DNA of 64,000 nucleotides, from the NCBI GenBank assembly GCA_964016885.1, contig OZ024754.1:1798001-1862000 (forward strand), given 5' to 3'. Under the pieces are notes generated by a model. That model was not told the origin of the DNA. It ran no database searches and was given only the letters and a program-made list of their open reading frames with translations. This document shows, piece after piece, positions 58,506-64,000 of the stretch. Every line of letters begins with the position of its first letter. Positions within the stretch are counted from its first letter, which is position 1. This stretch comes from Eledone cirrhosa. Lineage: Eukaryota. The position numbers were made by a program, and so were the translations under genes.

Positions 58506-59634
58506 ATAATATATATATATATATATATATCTGCATGATTTGAACGGTAGAAATTCAAGGGTAAGATTTCCCTGTGCAACCTCGGTATACAGAATCTTTG
58601 ATATGTCATTTACCATAGACGCGGATTAATATGTACCCAGTATTTGACTTGTACTATATTTTATTATATAATAAAACACAATTTTTCTCGCCGAGATTTG
58701 AACAAAGAACGTAAAGACTTAGAATAAAATCCGCAAAGAATTTTACCCGATGCTCAAATGGTTCAACCAATCAACTGCACACATTGTCGACTGTACGAAA
58801 TAGTTCTGTCAATAAATCCTTTGACATTATAATGTTAAAAGTACAATTTAACCCTGTAGAAATTTGAACCCACAGCGTAATACTTTAAACTGTATATCCC
58901 AAAGAGTTGAGCTTAGCAATACATAGATATCTTCTAATCTACTATATGTAAAATGGAGAAAAACAATCAATCGTTTACTAAGATGATGCATAAATCGTTT
59001 TTTTTTTTAAAATATCATTTTTATGACTGTTTTGTGTTCTATCTTTAATTTATTCTATTGTATTTGTGGTTGTTGTGGAGGTTAATTTCATTACATTTGT
59101 CAACGTTGCTTTATCGTAGCTAGTAGTAGCTGTAGTGAGGATGAAACATCGATTTGCTATCAAAGAATCTGAAACAAAATGTATTAATTTGTCATATGGG
59201 TTAGCGAAATTATTTATTCAACGGTAAAATTCTGAAGAACACATGTGCTTAATGAAACCAGCTGAGTTGCGGCTTCTCTTCAAATAGGAGATTGTACAGT
59301 TTGGATGTTCGTGTGTTAGGAACAGTAGCATAGAATCGGTACCTACAGCATTAACTAATGACGTTACATTGTAGAAGATAGCGTGAGTTGGATCTGACTA
59401 AGATATTGTGCGTGAGAAGAGACCGATCAATGAATACCTTGGATAGGAATTCTATCTTTTTATGTTTTGTTTATATGTAATGGAGGAGACTAGACTGACG
59501 AGTGACTTTCGATAGGGTAGCAATATAACAGAGAGAGAGGCCAACATTTTAACGAAATACCTGTTCCAGAATCATATATATACACACATATATATATATA
59601 TATATATATGGGGGAGGGGGAGAGGCAGTATACG

Positions 59635-59675
<41 letters not shown>

Positions 59676-59793
59676 GTATTTTTGCATATGCATATATACG
59701 TATATATACACATATGTATATATATATGAAGTATTTCCGTAGAAAGGGTAAAGGACGGGAGAGTGCTCTATGATTACTACAGAGCTATTTAAT

Positions 59794-60880
<1,087 letters not shown>

Positions 60881-61164
60881 ACTCCACAGAGTCACACTTA
60901 CATAGAGGAATAAAATACGTCTCCAGAAGTGATGTTATATTTCAATATATGTTACATAGATATAGTGTGTATAAATGTGTATAATATATTTCAGAAAGAG
61001 ATATATAGAGAAAGGGAAATCTCTAGAAGAGACGAAAGATAGATATAGAAACGTAAAGAGAGAAAATGATGAGTTAATGTAGATTAATTGCACATATTAT
61101 ACAGTCACAAACAAAAGCATACACATATATACACGTGTGGTTATGTATATATGTATGTATGCAT

Positions 61165-61229
<65 letters not shown>

Positions 61230-61341
61230 AATATACATATATATATATTTATATATATATACATATAAATATATATATTTATATAATATATAATTTATAT
61301 ATATATAATATATATATATTATATATATATTATATATATAT

Positions 61342-61391
<50 letters not shown>

Positions 61392-61705
61392 TATATCTAT
61401 CTGTGACAGTGAGTATGGCTGTGTGTATCAGTACGTTTTTTGTCTGACCATTAGGGCACCACATACTATCAGTTTTTGACCTTTCGTGCTAAGAGATTCC
61501 TATTATATATCTCATCAGTGGTATTGACATCAAACAGAAGGGTGGGGTCATGTAATTGTGACGTACATATCTTTCTAAATAGCATAATTTTCTAAATGAA
61601 AGTAAACCTCTTCTGTGACTAGGGCTAGAAATCACTTCCCGGTGTTTACGTGATATACAAACTTCGGTGTGTCAGCGGGTGCATGACGTATACTATGACA
61701 CGGTG

Positions 61706-61763
61706 AAAAGAAAAAAGAAAAAAGAAAAAGAAAAAGAAAAAGAAAAAGAAAAAGAAAAAGAAA
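61706..61763. repeat. (GAAAAA)n repeat
   Basis: Direct reading. Confidence 0.93.
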
Positions 61764-61851
61764 TCATGTCGACGACACATACATACACAAACAGTTATTT
61801 ATATATATATGTGTGTGTATGTGTGTGTGTGTCCAAATCTTTCTCACACTC

Positions 61852-61884
<33 letters not shown>

Positions 61885-61994
61885 TGTATTATATGTATAT
61901 ATATGTGTGTGGGCGATATAACGTCTACAGAGATGAATAATACATTTATATACAGTCTAATGATGCTAGAAACATGGTGATACTATCGTCTCTC

Positions 61995-62038
<44 letters not shown>

Positions 62039-62131
62039 CATATATATATCACGATAAATTAACGGAGGCATAGGCCCTCGCTATTCCCTGTAAATAATGT
62101 GCTCAAAGGAGAAGAGATCCTGAGCTCTTAA

Positions 62132-62291
62132 AAATACAATATGTTTAAAAGGTAACACACCAGAGAGAGAGAGAGATACAGTGCGTTATCAATAAAACAG
62201 GTGGTTTTATTCCGTGTTTTTTTCCCTGTTTTATTGATAATGCACTGTATCTCTCTCTCTCTCTGGTGTGTTACCTTTTCAACATATTGCA

Positions 62292-62294
<3 letters not shown>
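62132..62294. repeat. Fold-back inverted repeat with 70-bp arms and a 23-bp spacer, abutting (TA)n
   Basis: 62132-62201 versus 62225-62294, about 3 mismatches. Confidence 0.92.
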
Positions 62295-62323
<29 letters not shown>

Positions 62324-62324
<1 letters not shown>

Positions 62325-62461
62325 ACAAAGGGATTGTGGTAAGGAACCAGATGGACCATAACGCACCAGAGTACTCAATACTTAGGGTAATAGAGTGGGA
62401 AATAGGAAAAAGTATGACCCCGTCGAAACGGCTTGAGCTGTGCCGTCGGGCCATACTCATT

Positions 62462-62465
<4 letters not shown>
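62324..62465. mobile_element. HHR family 3 element with asymmetric fold-back, between TA tracts
   Basis: The inverted tail (62324-62421) is joined to gtcGAAACGGC..GCCGTCggg. Confidence 0.8.
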
Positions 62466-62505
<40 letters not shown>

Positions 62506-63201
62506 GGGAGATGGTATAAATCCGACCGCGACGCCAATACTTTTTGGGTTGTAATCAGCAAACCTTTTCAAGTATGAAAACAGAACGCAAAAGGCCACAG
62601 CACTATGCTGCGATGCTTGTTGTCCAAATATCTTTGCAAAGAAGCACATTTAATAAGGGCAATACTTTGGAAAGATTGGGAATTTAATATTTCGTTTGGT
62701 GTTCTTACACTATTGGCCACGACTATATTTTGAACAGATCAGGCAATCATACAGATGTTTCAATGTAGTTCTCTACATATATATTGTATGTATCGTGTTG
62801 AGGTGGTAGTTACAACTTTTACTGAATGCAAATTCGCAGATTACATATCATTAGTATGTTTTCAATTAATTATTTACATTAATTTTCTAATTACAATGTA
62901 ATTTCCTTGAAATGTATTATATTTAAATTGTAATCATGGGCAACACACAGGTATATATTAAGACAGTTCTCCAGAAACATTCACACATAGCAAAGCTTAG
63001 ATTTCTGTCTGATTAAGATAGATGAATATGTAAAGAACCATCCAGTTGTAAAGTGAAGATTAATCAAGTATACGTTGTCGAGATTAACATAATCTCTCAG
63101 TTCTATGAATATTTGTATCAGTAAGACGAATTTAGATATATTATAATGTACAATTCAAAAGATATTAGTGCAACATTTCTCCCTCCTTTTCTATGACGTA
63201 G

Positions 63202-63520
63202 ACGTCAGCGGGCAATATTGAAATGTTTGAGCCAACACATAATTGTGAGTGTAGTCGCTGGAACTGTGGCCAGTAACACCAATATCTCACGCAAGTCCTA
63301 CACCCGTAAAGAGAGAAATGAGATAGAATATGACGAGGTAATAGATAGTATATGTCTGGAAATCGACAACCGAAAAAGCATTTCCGCAGCCAATGAACAG
63401 CGACACTCGCTACAAATAGCCACCCGACCCCACGAGGCTCCTTCTCCAGACGGGCATCTGACGTTCCGATCTTACGGAGGTGCTCATCAGTACGGAATCC
63501 GAGTACGCTTGAGTGTATGA
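63202..63520 (+). CDS. Probable terminal coding exon of an unidentified host gene
   Basis: Polypyrimidine tract and TAG acceptor (AG at 63200-63201). Open frame RQRAILKCLSQHII...HQYGIRVRLSV* with balanced GC and non-repetitive composition. AATAAA at 63726. A GTGAGT donor at 63245 also allows a 43-nt internal exon instead. Confidence 0.45.
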
Positions 63521-63907
63521 CAACGACCGGTTCGAATGCACTCGTCATTGAGGCATTACTCCAACCAGCATAGATTATAAATATTCTATTTCTCTCAGTT
63601 TAGTAATCTAACATAACATGCAATTAATATGAGATAAAATATAGGGGAATAGCAATGAAGAAGTAGGAAAACGAAAAGAAAGAATCCGAGAATTAATACA
63701 TCGACTTAAATCATCACTATCGTCAAATAAATTTGTTCTTTTATATAAATACTCATGTTGTTGTCTTTCTCGTTTCGGAGGCTGTTTTACTCTTGGCTCC
63801 ACTAGAAAATATTTTCAATTTTAATTACCATTTCCAACGTCTAATAATGAGTTGAGACGTTTAATGCATATACATACATATATACATACACATATACATA
63901 GACACAT

Positions 63908-63938
<31 letters not shown>

Positions 63939-63953
63939 GACACATATATATAC

Positions 63954-63988
<35 letters not shown>

Positions 63989-64000
63989 TGTATAATTGTG

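Noticed and set aside
59230-59275. CTGAAGA...GAAACCAGCTGAGT
   Set aside because: Stem II does not close against GAAA, and there is no stem I.
61455-61525. Minus-strand CTGATGA...GAAAGGTC
   Set aside because: Stems I and II are not supported.

Overview
Very AT-rich, microsatellite-saturated eukaryotic DNA. The SINE families and repeat landscape suggest an octopus or other coleoid cephalopod (inference). It is mostly intronic or intergenic. Almost all ORFs in the track are artefacts of (TA)n/(CA)n/(GA)n arrays and minisatellites. Supported content: (1) more than 15 copies or fragments of a tRNA-derived SINE, several with clear TSDs, plus a CORE-like SINE; (2) decayed LINE remnants (R4/Dong-like in TAA tracts, RTE-like, a bipartite RTE derivative with a C2H2 finger, a possible CR1 fragment); (3) a decayed hAT/hATm-like transposon end and a Tc1/mariner MITE; (4) several minisatellites, one with a 384-bp higher-order repeat, and a 4.4-kb TA array that switches polarity; (5) one plausible host coding exon near 63.2-63.5 kb. 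The main signal is a set of short (60-270 bp) elements from several unrelated sequence families, nearly all abutting (TA)n or (CA)n tracts. They carry hammerhead-ribozyme (HHR) motifs of the kind found in Penelope-like retroelements. Many are fold-back palindromes whose apex lies inside the ribozyme.
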